Source: Pristiophorus japonicus (taxonomy: Eukaryota). Taken from it: a stretch of DNA of 64,000 nt. Both the position numbers and the translations under genes were made by a program. Shown here piece after piece: positions 24,053-36,320 of the stretch. Within the stretch, counting starts at the first letter, position 1. Every line of letters begins with the position of its first letter. The notes below the pieces were generated by a model that did not search any database, was not told the DNA's origin, and saw only the letters and a list, made by a program, of their open reading frames with translations. Where the stretch lies: positions 66,092,001 to 66,156,000 of the forward strand of contig NC_091997.1 of NCBI RefSeq assembly GCF_044704955.1, in the 5' to 3' direction.

Positions 24053-25159
24053 TCAATCCTCTAGAAACTCGGCAATTTCCAATCGAAGTTGGGAGAGTTC
24101 CTCTTCGGGGAGCAAGTATTTGCGGATTATTTCTAGGGCTTTCTCCTCCGTCAGGCTGCTGTAGTCCTCGGGGTTGTTGACGGGCAGGTGCCCCGCCAGC
24201 TCGCACAGGGCGACGTTGAACGCCGCCGGCTCCTTGACGCCGAAGACGGACCTGCGGGGCCAGAGGATGAGGCGGACCCCGTCCCGGGAGCCCGTGTCCT
24301 CCTGCCGGCCGCCCAGCGGGCAGCCCCGGGTCAGGAAGAGGTTGTGGGCCAGCGAGCGGTCCAGCAAGAAGTCGGCGAGGCGGTGGAGGGCGGCGGCGGT
24401 CTGCGGGATGTCGGTGCCGTCGGTGTAGAGGACCAGCCCGCGGGTGGGGTGGCCGGACATGAGGTGGACTGGGTGGCCGGCCCGGCCGCCCCCTCGGTCC
24501 GGTGTCAGGGGCTCAGTAGCGGCCCACTCCACCCTCAGCCGGTGCGGCAGGTAGTAGCCGTGGAGGTGCAGGTGGTTGACCGAGGCCAGGGCCCCCAGGC
24601 TGTTGAAGCCCACCCGGAAGCCGGGGTCCGAGCTCAGGAACATCAGCTCCAGCCCCCGCAGCACCGAGGCCCGGCTCAGCACCTGCGGCAGGCCCCGGGC
24701 CGGCTCGGGCAGCAGCAGGACATGGCCGAACTCCAGCGGGCTGACATTGATCACCAGCAGGGCCTCCTCCTCCTGCCCCGGCCTCAGCGCGAACAGTATC
24801 TCCCGGGCCCCGATCCGCCCGAAGTGGAAGCCCCGCGGGTCGAAGGGCTGCCGCAGTCCGAGGATGGGCTGCGGCCGGCGGCGCTCGGTGGCCCGCTGCG
24901 GGTTGAGCTGAGCCAGCAGACGGCTCGGGCCCGGCAGCACCCGGCTGGGAGGCCGGGCCTGCGGCAGCGAGTAGCGGAAGCAGTCCCGCCGCTCCTCCCA
25001 GGCCGAGCGCAGCGCCCGGTCCAGGCGGGAGCCGGGCCCCGGGCCGCCCCACCGCACCCCGCTCCGGTGGAAGTCCGCCTCCGAGTAGGCGAAGACCCCG
25101 GGCTGGGACCGGGACCGCTGCCTCTCCCGCTCCGCCTCCCCGCCACTGGGCGCCGCCAT
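24053..25159 (-). CDS. GDPGP1: GDP-D-glucose phosphorylase 1 (HIT superfamily), single coding exon, 368 aa
   Basis: Intact GC-rich ORF; motifs AQLNPQR, INVSPLEFGHVLL, VGFNSLGALASVNHLHLHGY, FNVALCELAGHLP; AAGATGGCG start context at 25159; synteny with CIB1 and TTLL13. Confidence 0.95.
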   Translation of the reverse strand: MAAPSGGEAERERQRSRSQPGVFAYSEADFHRSGVRWGGPGPGSRLDRALRSAWEERRDCFRYSLPQARPPSRVLPGPSRLLAQLNPQRATERRRPQPILGLRQPFDPRGFHFGRIGAREILFALRPGQEEEALLVINVSPLEFGHVLLLPEPARGLPQVLSRASVLRGLELMFLSSDPGFRVGFNSLGALASVNHLHLHGYYLPHRLRVEWAATEPLTPDRGGGRAGHPVHLMSGHPTRGLVLYTDGTDIPQTAAALHRLADFLLDRSLAHNLFLTRGCPLGGRQEDTGSRDGVRLILWPRRSVFGVKEPAAFNVALCELAGHLPVNNPEDYSSLTEEKALEIIRKYLLPEEELSQLRLEIAEFLED

Positions 25160-25189
25160 CTTGCTCTGACGTCTGAGGCCTCGCCCCAG

Positions 25190-25262
25190 CCGTTGCCATG
25201 GCTCCCGGGTTGCCCACGCACAGCGCATGTCTGAAAATCCAGCCAGACGTTACCATAGCAAC
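25190..25262. promoter_or_regulatory. RFX X-box elements upstream of GDPGP1
   Basis: GTTACCATAGCAAC at 25249-25262 fits GTNRCCATRGYAAC; partial GTTGCCATGGCTCC at 25192. Confidence 0.65.
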
Positions 25263-27245
25263 AGGACTAGGCCTTTCAGCCTGATCTACCATTCAATTAG
25301 ATCTTGGCTGATCTGCAACCTAACTCCATCCACCCGTCTCTGGCCCACATCCCTTAATACCTTTGGTTAACAAAAATCTACTCACCTCTGATTTAAAATT
25401 AACTGATCTAGCATCAATTGCCGTTTGCGGAAGAGTTCAAAACTTCTACTACCCTTCAGTTGCCTGGGCCCTAAGCTCTGGGATTCTCTCCCTAAACCTC
25501 TCCACCTCTTTCCTCCTTCAAGACGCTCCTTAAAACCTACCTCTTTGACTTTGGTGACGTGCCCTAATGTGACTTGGTGTCAATGTTTTTGACTTATAAT
25601 ACTGTGAAGCACCTTGGGACGTTTTACTACATTAAAGAGGCAATATAAATACAAAGTTGTTATTGTTGTGGAGAAATGTTTCCTAATTTCACTCCTGAAA
25701 GGTCTAATTTTTAGACTATGCCTCCTCGTCCTCAAATACTTAACCAGTGGAAATAGTTCCTCTCCATCTACCATAGAAACATAGAAAATAGATGCAGGAG
25801 TAGGCCATTCGGCCCTTCAAGCCTGCACCACCATTCAATATGATCATGGCTGATCATTCACATCAGTACCCCTTGATCCCTTTAGCCGTAAGGGCTATAT
25901 CTAACTCCCTCTTGAATATATCCAATGAACTGGCATCAACAACTCTCTGCGGTAGGGAATTCCACAGGTTAACAACTCTCTGAGTGAAGAAGTTCCTCCT
26001 CATCTCAGTCCTAAATGGCCTAGCCCTTATTCTAAGACTGTGTCTCTTTTTTCTGGACTTCCCCAATATCGGGAACATTCTTCCCGCATCTAACCTGTCA
26101 CGTCCCGTCTGAATCTTATACGTTTCTATGAGATCCCCTCTCATCCTTCTAAACTCCAGTGTATAAAGGCCCAGTTGATCCAGTCTCTCCTCATATATCA
26201 GTCCAGCCATCTCTGGAATCAGTCTGGTGAACCTTCGCTGCACTCCCTCAATAGCAAGAACATCCTTCCTCAGATTAGGAGACCAAAACTGAACACAATA
26301 TTCCAGATGAGGCCTCACCAAGGCCCTGTACAATTGCAGTAAGACCTCCCTGCTCCTATACGCAAATCCCCTAGCTATGAAGGCTAACATGCCATTTGCC
26401 TTCTTCACCGCCTGCTGCACCTGCATGCCAACTTTCAATGACTGATGAACCATGACACCCAGGTCTCGTTGCACCTCCCCTTTTCCTAATCTGCCACCAT
26501 TCAGATAATACTCTGCCCTCGTGTTTCTGCCACCAAAGTGGATAACCTCACATTTATCCACATTATATTGCATCTGTTCCCCTTAATATCTTGAAAACTT
26601 CGATCACATCACCCCTTAACCTGCTAAATTCATAGGATTACATTGGATATACGACACAGAAACAGGCCGTTCGGCCCAACCAGTTATGCTCCACTCGAGC
26701 CTCCTCCCATCTTTCCTCATTTAAATCTATCAGCATAATCATTTATTCCCTTCTCCCTTATATGCTTATCTAGCTTCCCCTTAAATGCATCGATACTATT
26801 CACCTCATGGGTAAAGAAGTTTCTTCTGAATTGCTTATTTGATTTCTTGATGGCCTTATATTGATGGCCTCTAGTTATGTTCTTCCTCACAAGTGGAAAC
26901 ATTCTCTCTCTATCCACTCTATCAAAACCTTTCATCATTTTAAAGACCTCAATTAGGTCACCCTTCAGCCTTCTCTTTTCAAGCGAAAAGAGGCCCAGCC
27001 TGTTCATCGTTTGGAGGGAATACAATCCTAATTTGTATAATCTCTGCCCATGGAGCCCAGGTATCATTCTGGTAAACCTACACTGCACTCCCTCCAAGGC
27101 CAGTATATCCCCAGAACTACTCACAATGCCCCAGGTGTGATCTAACCAGGGCTTTGTATAGCTGCAGCATAACTTCTAACCCCAAGTATTCTAGTCCTTC
27201 AGATATAAAGGCCAGCATCCCTTTTGGATTATTTTCTGTACCTGT
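25263..27245 (-). mobile_element. CR1 fragments (main copy 25773-26577) plus a short L2 piece, lying between the two CpG islands
   Basis: ORFs 25863-26573 and 26717-27124 are CR1 ORF2 C-termini. Confidence 0.88.
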
Positions 27246-27384
27246 TCGTGATTCAAGCACAGACTAGCATTTTAGTCCATTTACACACATACATGGCATA
27301 ATAATGAATGCATCAACTAAACGCATGCACCAACACTTATTTTGCTGCGAATAAGAATAATGAGCTAATCAGAAATCAAGATTG

Positions 27385-27810
27385 CAGAAACCCAATCATA
27401 GCGTTGGTTATTTTATTTTAACCAATGGGCGTCGACCTGCTGCTTTAACAGCCAATAGTCGCCGTCCGAGTGTCACTATGCAACCAATCAGCATCACGCA
27501 GCGCAGGCCACCAATGAAAAAGCCGCAGCCTTGGGGCCAATCAGAAACGGCGTCCGGTTGCCATGGCGACGCAGCCGGCAGAACCTGATGTGCGGCCTAG
27601 CGGGGCGGGCGGGCGCCAGGTGAGTGAGTGAGTGGGAGGCGGGCTGATTTACATCGAAAGCCGGGATGGATCGGCCGCGCCGCCCGGCACTTTGCACCGG
27701 GAGGCGGTGGGCCCGGGAGCGGGCGGGAGGCGGCCCGGAGCCCCTCAGCTTCCGGCCCCTTCACTCCCCATAGCAACGCGCCGCCGGCCCTTAGCAACGG
27801 GCTGCTGACC
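27385..27810 (+). promoter_or_regulatory. TTLL13 CpG promoter: six CCAAT boxes, X-box GTTGCCATGGCGAC (27557-27570), first exon ending at donor 27619
   Basis: CCAAT at 27392, 27422, 27452, 27484, 27511, 27537; CAG|GTGAGT donor; further TAGCAAC half-sites near 27770-27800. Confidence 0.75.
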
Positions 27811-29239
27811 AAATTTGGGCCAACTTTTACCCAGAGTGAATTATTCAATCTGATCCAAGATAAATCTTTAGTTAACTGGGGGGGTTACCAGGTTAAAGCA
27901 GTTAACCTAAGGCTTAGTATTTGTTCATTCGAGTTTAATTTTTGTAAATTCAAGTTTAATTTTTTGTAAATTCGAGATCGAAAATGCATTGCATTGGGTT
28001 TTCAATATTCAATATAATTATATGTGGGGGTGGTGCATTTTGGTTGGAGGAATAAGGAGGCCTCACACTCCCTGGAATATAAGAGTCTGAATGGGGTAGA
28101 AGAGCAAAGGGATCCAGGGATACAGCATCACAAAGCTGTACAAAAAAAATAGATTATCTGGGTCATTATCAGACTGCTGTGTGTGGGAGCTTGCTGTGCG
28201 CAAATTGGCTGCTGCATTTCCCACATTACAACAGTGACTACACTCCAAAAATACTTCATTGGCAGTAAAGCGCTTTGAGATGTCCAGTAGTCGTGAACGG
28301 CGCTATATAAATGCAAGTCTTGCTTATTAAAATAGCACTGCAGGTTAATAAAGCCATAAAAATGCAAACCAAGCACCGGGGTTCATTTCTAGAGGGATGA
28401 AAAGCAGAGAAGTTTTTAAAAACTTGTATAGAACCTTAGTTACACCACACTTGGAGCACTGTGCACAGTTGTGGTCGCCATATAGAGGCACTGGAGAAGA
28501 TGAAAAAAAGATTCACCAGAATGATACCAGAACTGAGAGGTTATAACTATTGGAAAAGATTGAACTCTTCCCCCGGATGCTGACAGACCTAACCCACATC
28601 ATTCCGCGGCAACCTTGTCCCACCCACCCTTTCCCTCAACAACTATCTGTCCCCTCTGTGACAGGGACTATTGTTCTCGTATTGGACTGTTCAGCCACCT
28701 AAGGACTCATTTTTAGAGTGGAAGCAAGTCTTCCTCGATTCCAAGGGACAGCCTATGATCGGTGCCTTCGCTGTAAAGAAATGGCTAAGATCTGAAGTCA
28801 GTGTTCAGGCCAGAGAGCTCCGCAGTGCGTAGGAGAGAGTTAAGGCATTGTGCCACCTGTAGAGGGGGGTCTGTGCTTACGCCCCGCAGTGGTAATCGCA
28901 GCCACAACAGCATCTATGTGCGCAGTTTTTTATCAAGTTGTTCTGGCTGTGTGCAAACTTCACAACATAAATTGCATTAAAAAAAACACTACACGTGTTG
29001 GAAATCTGAATGAAAATGCTCCAAATCTCAGTCAAACATCTGCAAAGGGAAAAGTCAGATTAACATTTCAGGAGCAAGGGGACAGGCCCTTCATCAGAAG
29101 TACACAATGTAGGGGAGACCCTTTATGGGATTGATAAGAGCAGAGGTTAAGTGGGATCCAGAGCTGGACTGCTCCATAGAAGCAGCTCTGCATTGTACAT
29201 GCGTTACAAGCTGTTACCATAAAACTACAATGGCGAGAT

Positions 29240-30860
29240 CAAAGATTTACAAGAATATTACCAGAACTGTGAGGGTATCCCTATCAGGAAAGGATTAAAA
29301 GGCTGGGTCTCTTTTCGCTTGAAAAAAGAAGGCTGAGGGGTGATCTAATAGAGGTCTTTAAAAGGGGAGGTGCAACGAGACCTGGGTGTCATGGTACATC
29401 AGCCATTGAAAGTTGCAGGTACATAGAAACGTAGAAAATAGGTGCAGGAGGAGGCCTTTCGGTCCTTCGAGCCTGCACCACCATTCAATAAGATCATGGC
29501 TGATCATTCACCTCAGTACCCCTTTCCTGCTTTCTCTCCATACCCCTTGATCCCTTTAGTCGTAAGGGCCATATCTAACTATCTCTTGAATATTTCCAAC
29601 GAACTGGCATCAACAACTCTCTGCGGTAGAGAATTCCACAGGTTAACAACTCTCTGAGTGAAGAAGTTTACCCTCATCTTGGTCCTAAATGGCTTACCCC
29701 TTATCCTTAGACTGTGGCCCCTGGTTCTGGACTTCCCCAACATCGGGAACATTCTTCCTGCTTCTAACCTGTCCAGTCCCATCAGAATTTTATATGTTTC
29801 TATGAGATCCCCTCTCATTCTTCTAAACTCCAGTGAATACTGCAAGCGGTCAAGAAGGCAAATGACATGTTGGCCTTCATAGCAAGAGGATTTGAGTATA
29901 GGAGCAAGGAGGTCTTACTGCAGTTGTACACTGCCTTGGTGAGGCCACACCTTGAATATTGTGTACAGTTCTGGTCTCCTAATCTGAGGAAGGACATTCT
30001 TGCTATTGAGGGAGTGCAGCGAAGGCTCACCAGACTGATTCCCGGGATGGCAGGACTGATCTATAAAGAAAGACTGGATCGACTGGGCCTGTATTCACTG
30101 GAGTTTAGAAGAATGAGGGGGGATCTCTTAGAAACATATAAAATTCTGACTGGATTGGACAGGTTAGATGCAGGAAGAATGTTCCCGATGTTGGGGAAGT
30201 CCAGAACTAGGGGTCACAGTCTAAGGATAAGGGGTATGCCATTTAGGACCGAGATGAGGAGAAACTTCTTCACTCAGAGAATTGTGAACCTGTGGAATTC
30301 TCTACCACAGAAAGTTGTTGAGGCCAGTTCATTAGATATATTCAAAAGGGAGTTAGATGTGGCCCTTACGGCTAAAGGGATCAAGGGGTATGGAGAGAAA
30401 GCAGGAATGGGGTACTGAAGTTGAATGATCAACCATGATCATATTGAATGGTGGTGCAGGCTCAAAGGGCCGAATGGCCTACACCTGCACCTATTTTCTA
30501 TGTTTCTATGTTTAAAGTTATAAAAGGTTTTGATCGGGTAGACACTTGTTTGCACTTGTGGGAGGGACCAGGACTAGAGGCCATCAATATAAGATAGTCA
30601 CCAAGAAATCAAATAGGGAATTCGGAAGAAACTTCTTTACCCAGAGGGTGGTGAGAATATGGAACTCGCTGCCACAGGGAGTGGTTGAGGCGAATAGTAT
30701 CGATGCATTTAAGGGGAAGCTAGATAAACATAAGAGGGAGAAGGGAATAGAGGAATATGCTGATAGAGTTTGATGAGGAAAGATGGGAGGAGGCTCAAGT
30801 GGAGAATAAACGCCAACATGGACAGGTTGAGCTGAATGGCCTGTTTCTTTGCCGTATATC
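29240..30860 (+). mobile_element. Triple-nested CR1 fragments
   Basis: Outer CR1 (29240-29362, 30511-30860) contains a CR1 (29363-30510), which contains an antisense CR1 3' end (29421-29839). Confidence 0.8.
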
Positions 30861-31017
30861 CTAGGCAGTTCTGTGTAACAGTGAAAAGAGTATTGAACAT
30901 TCATTGCTGTAATGTTATTTTTCCCATGTGGTACAGGACCCCCGGTAACTTGCCCAAGTGGTAATTCTTCATGTGTGAGCAGACAGTGAATGTTGGCAAT
31001 CACATAGGCGACTATAA

Positions 31018-31560
31018 AACATAGAAACATCAAAATTAGGTGCAGGAGCAGGCCATTCGGCCCTTCGAGCCTGCATCCCCATTCAATAAGATCATGGCTG
31101 ATCATTCAACCTCAGTACCCCTTTCCTGCTTTCTCTCCATACCGCTTGATCCCTTTGGCCGTAAGGGCTATATCTAACTCCCTTTTGAATATATCTAACA
31201 AACTGGCCTCAACAACTTTCTGCGGTAGAGAATTCCACAGGTTAACCACTCTCTGAGTGAAGAAGTTTCTCCTCATCTTGGTCCTAAATGGCTTACCCCT
31301 TATTCTTAGACTGTGACCCCTGGCTCTGCAACTCCCCAGCAATGGGAACATTCTTCCTGCCTCTAACCTGTCCAATCCCGTCAGAATTTTATATGTTTCT
31401 GAGATCCCCGCTCATTCTTCTAAACTCCAGTGGATACAAGCCCAGTTGATCCAGTCTCTCCTCATATGTCATTTCTACCATCCCAGGAATCAATCTGGTG
31501 AATCTTCGCTGTACTACCTCAATACCAAGAACGTCCTTCCTCAGATTAGGGGATCAAAAC
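31018..31560 (-). mobile_element. CR1 3' fragment
   Basis: ORF 31112-31375 CR1 C-terminus and tail. Confidence 0.85.
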
Positions 31561-32159
31561 TGACCCAAATAGAATACGCTGCCTGTCGCCCAAACTGGAG
31601 CACGGGATATCAGTTAGGAGTAGGAACTCTGGCGGCTTTGATTTTTTTTCCCCAACACTCCCAAACCCAGCGAGTTCAAGTGTCACAACCCAACTATTGC
31701 CCTGCCTGAGACCAGTTATCTCAGCTCAGACATGGTCTGACTGGCTCAGTACCACACCAGTATGTGCATTTATCCGTGGAAGCACTGGGGACATCAAATG
31801 AGAATTTGTTTATCGCAACATATAGTGTGCGGTTGCAGTCACTTTACAGCCAGCTTTCCAATAGCCTGTGACAATACATCGCTGCACAATGGGCATGGAG
31901 CTCTTTACCAAAGCAGCTGCTGTGATACAGTAGTAAACAACCTGTATTCCCAGTGAGTGCCAGTGTAATAGAACACTCTGTCTGCCATGGGCTAGTCAAG
32001 GGGATAACGCTTAAAGTCAAAAATAATTTGGCTGCCTATTGAAAAATGGTGACATGTAAATGCTATCTGAGGACAGGGTGGAGGTCCGTTGGAATTCCCT
32101 GCCCCCCCCCCTCCCCTTTCACCATTGTCAGTACCAGTTGACATTCACTGTCAATGAGG

Positions 32160-33462
32160 CAGAGTCAGCATGGATTTATGAAGGGGAAATCATGTTTGAC
32201 AAATTTGCTGGAATTCTTTGAGGATGTAACGAACAGGGTGGATAAAGGGCAACCAGTGGATGTGGTGTATTTGGACTTCCAGTAGGCATTTGACAAGGTG
32301 CCACATAAAAGGTTACTGCACAAGATATAAGTTCACTCGGTTGGGGGTAATATATTAGCATGAATAGAGGATTGTCTAACTAACAGAGAACAGAGAGTCG
32401 GGATAAATGATTCATTCTCTGGTTGGCAACCAGTAACTAGTGGGATGCTGCAGGAATCAGTGCTGGGACCCCAACTATTTACAATCTATATTAACGACTT
32501 GGAAGAAGGGACTGAGTGTAACGTAGCCAAGTTTGCTGATGATACAAAGATGGGAGGAAAAGCAATGCATGAGGAGGACACAAAAAATCTGCAAAAGGAC
32601 ATAGACAGGCTAAGTGAGTGGGCAAAAATTTGGCAGATGGAGTATAATGTTGGAAAGTGTGAGGTCATGCACTTTGGCAAAAAAAATCAAAGAGAAAGTT
32701 ATTATTTAAATGGAGAAAGATTGCAAATTGCTGCAGTACAGCGGGACCTGGGTGTATTTGTGCATGAAACACAAAAGGTTAGTATGCAGGTACAGCAAGT
32801 GATCAGGAAGGCCAATGGAATCTTGGCCTTTATTGCAAAGGGAATTGAGTATAAAAGCAGGGAAGTCTTGCTGCAGTTGTATAGGGTATTGGTGAGGCCA
32901 CACCTGGAATACCGCGTGCAGTTTTGGTTTCCATATTTACAAAAGGATATACTTGCTTTGGAGGCAGTTCAGAGAAGGTTTACTGGGTTGATTCCGGAGA
33001 TGAGGGGGTTGACTTATGAGGAAAGGCTGAGTAGGTTGGGTCTCTACTCTTTGGAATTCAGAAGAATGAGAGGTGACCTTATCGAAACGTATAAGTTATG
33101 AGGGGGCTTGACAAGGTGGATGCAGAGATGATGTTTCCACTGATGGGGGAGACTAGAACTAGAGGGCATAATCTTAGAATAAGGGGCCGCCCATTTAAAA
33201 CTGAGATGAGGAGAAATTTCTTCTCTCAGAGAGTTGTGGATCTGTGGAATTCGCTGCGTCAGAGAGCTGTGGAAGCCGGGACATTGAATAAATTTAAGAC
33301 AGAAATAGACAGTTTATTAAACGATAAGGGGTTATGGGGAGCGGGCAGGGAAGTGAACCTGAGTCCATGATCGGATCAGTAATGATCATATTAAATGGCG
33401 GAGCAGGCTCAAGGGGCCGTATGGCCTACTCCTGCTCCTATTTCTTATGTTCTTATGTTCTT
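32160..33462 (+). mobile_element. CR1 3' portion carrying an unoccupied homologue of the Tx1 target site (32751-32780)
   Basis: ORF 32445-33101 with RDLGVFVHETQKVS uninterrupted; (TTCTTATG)n tail. Confidence 0.9.
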
Positions 33463-33629
33463 GTGTCTTCTCCTGTGGAGAACCACAAGGGTCAGGTACC
33501 TGGTAGCTGCTGAATCTCAGCTGAGTTTGAGCAGGTTCGAGGGGCCAAATGGCCGACTCGCTCCTATTTCTATGTAAGCCTGAGGATGTTTTTGCAAATC
33601 CCTTTCACCAAGTCTCTGCGTCTCACAGA

Positions 33630-33916
33630 ATGAATGCTTCTGGGGCCAGGAGTGATTCCGAGGGAGAATCAGCTGAAGAGGAAGCCGAGAATGAGGAAGA
33701 GAATCTGATTGAGGAGTCGGAGGAGGAACGAGCCAGAGTGCCAAGGAGGAACATACCAGTGAGAGAGTTGTTGAGGCGCATCAAACAGCCCAAGCGGCTG
33801 GGAGAAGAAGAGAGACTTCACAAACAGGAGCTGATAATATCCAACCAGAACGCCGAAGGAAATGACAATGCCATTAAGGAAGAGGTGCTCAAGAAGAAAA
33901 AGAGGAAGAAACGCAG
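33630..33916 (+). CDS. TTLL13: TTLL13 N-terminal coding exon (acidic tract, KKKKRKKR); exon may start at 33579 or 33629
   Basis: Open frame ending CGC AG|GTAT, in phase with the next exon; the basic cluster precedes INL.NCKY in TTLL6/13. Confidence 0.75.
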
Positions 33917-34004
33917 GTATAATCAGGACTGACCTTTTACTGACCTCTTCACAGGTCTTTCACAATTATTAACATCACTGTCACAATGTTTTCTACTTGC
34001 ACCA

Positions 34005-34790
34005 ACCCGTATCTCTTGGCCACTCCCTCACACTGACCAGTGTATCTCCCGATCACTCCCTCACTCTGACCGGTGTATCTCCTGGTCACTCCCTCACACT
34101 GACCGGTGTATCTCCCGATCACTCCCTCACACTGACCGGTGTATCTCCCGATCACTCCCTCACACTGACCGGTGTATCTCTCGGTCACTCCCTCACACTG
34201 ACCGGTGTATCTCCCGGTCACTCCCTCACACTGAACGGTGTATCTCCCAATCACTCCCTCACACTGACCGGTGTATCTCTCGGTCACTCCCTCACACTGA
34301 CCGGTGTATCTCCCGATCACTCCCTCACACTGACCGGTGTATCTCCCGATCACTCCCTCACACTGACCGGTGTATCTCTCGGTCACTCCCTCACACTGAC
34401 CGGTGTATCTCTCGGTCACTCCCTCACACTGACCGGTGTATCTCCCGATCACTCCCTCACACTGACCGGTGTATCTCTCGGCCACTCCCTCACATTGACC
34501 GGTGTATCTCCCGATCACTCCCTCACACTGACCGGTGTATCTCCTGGTCACTCCCTCACTCTGACTGGTGTATCTCCTGGTCACTCCCTCACTCTAACCG
34601 GTGTATCTCTCGGTCACTCCCTCACACTGACCGGTGTATCTCCCGATCACTCCCTCACTCTGACCAGTGTATCTCTCGGTCACTCTCTCACACTGACCGG
34701 TGTATCTTTCGGTCACTCCCTCACACTGACCGGTGTATCTCTCGGCCACTCGCTCACACTGACCGGTGTATCTCTTGATCACTCCCTCAC
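34005..34790. repeat. 33-bp minisatellite, ~24 copies (CCGGTGTATCTCYCGRTCACTCCCTCACACTGA)
   Basis: Tandem repetition; produces spurious 11-aa repeat ORFs. Confidence 0.95.
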
Positions 34791-35589
34791 GTTAATCAAT
34801 ATTAACCTGCATCTTCTGAATACTGCTCCCATATCTGGGGAGATTCTTCTAAAACCTTTCTCACATTCAGAGACACAATATAAATAAAACGTGTTGCCGT
34901 GAAGTTGACCCTACGCTCGGCTCCAGCCTCCCATTTCACTCTGTCGCAACGTTCATTTTTTCTCTCTATTTTCTATTTTGCTTCTCTGAACTTTCCTCTC
35001 TTAGTCTTTCTTTGGCCCATGGGACCATTCAACACACTCTTCCTCCCCATACCCTCATAGTGTTGAGATCCTGCACACTGTGACAGGACCTCAAATCTGC
35101 GGATCTCCTTACCTCCCTCAGACTACCTTCCTCCAACATTTTTGGTGTTGGAAATCACAATGGGGCTGAATTTCTGCTGCCGTTTAGGCGGACTCCTGCC
35201 ACAACTACTGCAGGAGCAGCCGTGACCTAACTGTGCCAAGTCCACAACTAAGCTGCCCAGCTCTCTAAGGTGGTGCAGCCTCTGCCCGTCCCCTGGGACC
35301 AGAGGTGGGGATGCTCTAGACTGGCAATTCTCGCTTGTTAGTCCAATATGGAGGCTGGTGCACCATGAGAGGAGGCATATGTACTCCTGGAAGGGTGCAA
35401 GAGGGCCCCAGAGTTGTGGAGGGGGGGGGGGGTAGCGGGTGAGGCCGGGGGAAATTTTGTGTGGACTGAAGGGGCCAGGTACCCCCGCCCCCCCAGGGAG
35501 GCAGTCGGGGCTGGCAGACATTTGAGATGCTCAGAAGACGCAGGAAGCCCTCTTGCAAATCAGGTGACCTCTTACTGACCCCACATACT

Positions 35590-36032
35590 CTGGCAGGGTC
35601 AGCAGCGAAGACCACTGGCAGCGTCAGCGCCAGAGGCCACTGACAGGATCAGCAGCGAAGGTCACTGGCAGGGTCAGTGCCAGAGGCCACTGGCAGGGTC
35701 AGTGCCAGAGGCCACTATCAGGGTCAGCAGTGAAGGTCACTGGCAGCGTCAGTGCCAGAGGCCACTGGCAGGGTCAGCAGTGAAGGTCACTGGCAGTGTC
35801 AGTGCCAGAGGCCACTGGCAGGGTCAGCAGCGAAGGAACTGGCAGGGTCAGCAGTGAAGGTCACTGGCAGGGTCAGTGCCAGAGGCCACTGGCAGGGTCA
35901 GCAGCGAAGGAACTGGCAGGGTCAGCAGTGAAGGTCACTGGCAGGGTCAGTGCCAGAGGCCACTGGCAGGGTCAGCAGCGAAGGAACTGGCAGGGTCAGT
36001 AGTGAAGGTCACTGGCAGGGTCAGTGCCAGAG
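35590..36032. repeat. 24/25-bp minisatellite with a 74-bp higher-order repeat
   Basis: Units CTGGCAGGGTCAG + (TGCCAGAGGCCA, CAGCGAAGGAA or CAGTGAAGGTCA) cycling in the 3' half. Confidence 0.9.
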
Positions 36033-36320
36033 GTCCAATATTCAGGCCCAATGTCAGCATCTAAAAAGAGGAATTATTAAATCTTTTAGGTGGCTATCTA
36101 ACAGATCTGCTGCATATTCCCATAGTTCTTTTGTTTTTAATTTATGTTTCCAGATTTTTTTTTTACCTCAGAATGAGTTATCGTGACTGCTCTACACTGA
36201 ATACTAGCTTAACTGTTGAGCCATCGAGTGGCAATGCTGAACCCAGGCCAGTCATTTCCCACAGGGAAAACTGTAACTTCTGCTTACTTTATTGAGATCT
36301 CAGCCTCTTCTTTCTTGCAG

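Noticed and set aside
25160-25228. 23-aa N-terminal extension of the GDPGP1 ORF
   Set aside because: Lies over promoter motifs; ATG 25159 has the better context.
24188-25292. 348-aa antisense ORF and alternative-frame ORFs over GDPGP1
   Set aside because: Expected shadow ORFs of a very GC-rich CDS; no recognisable domain.
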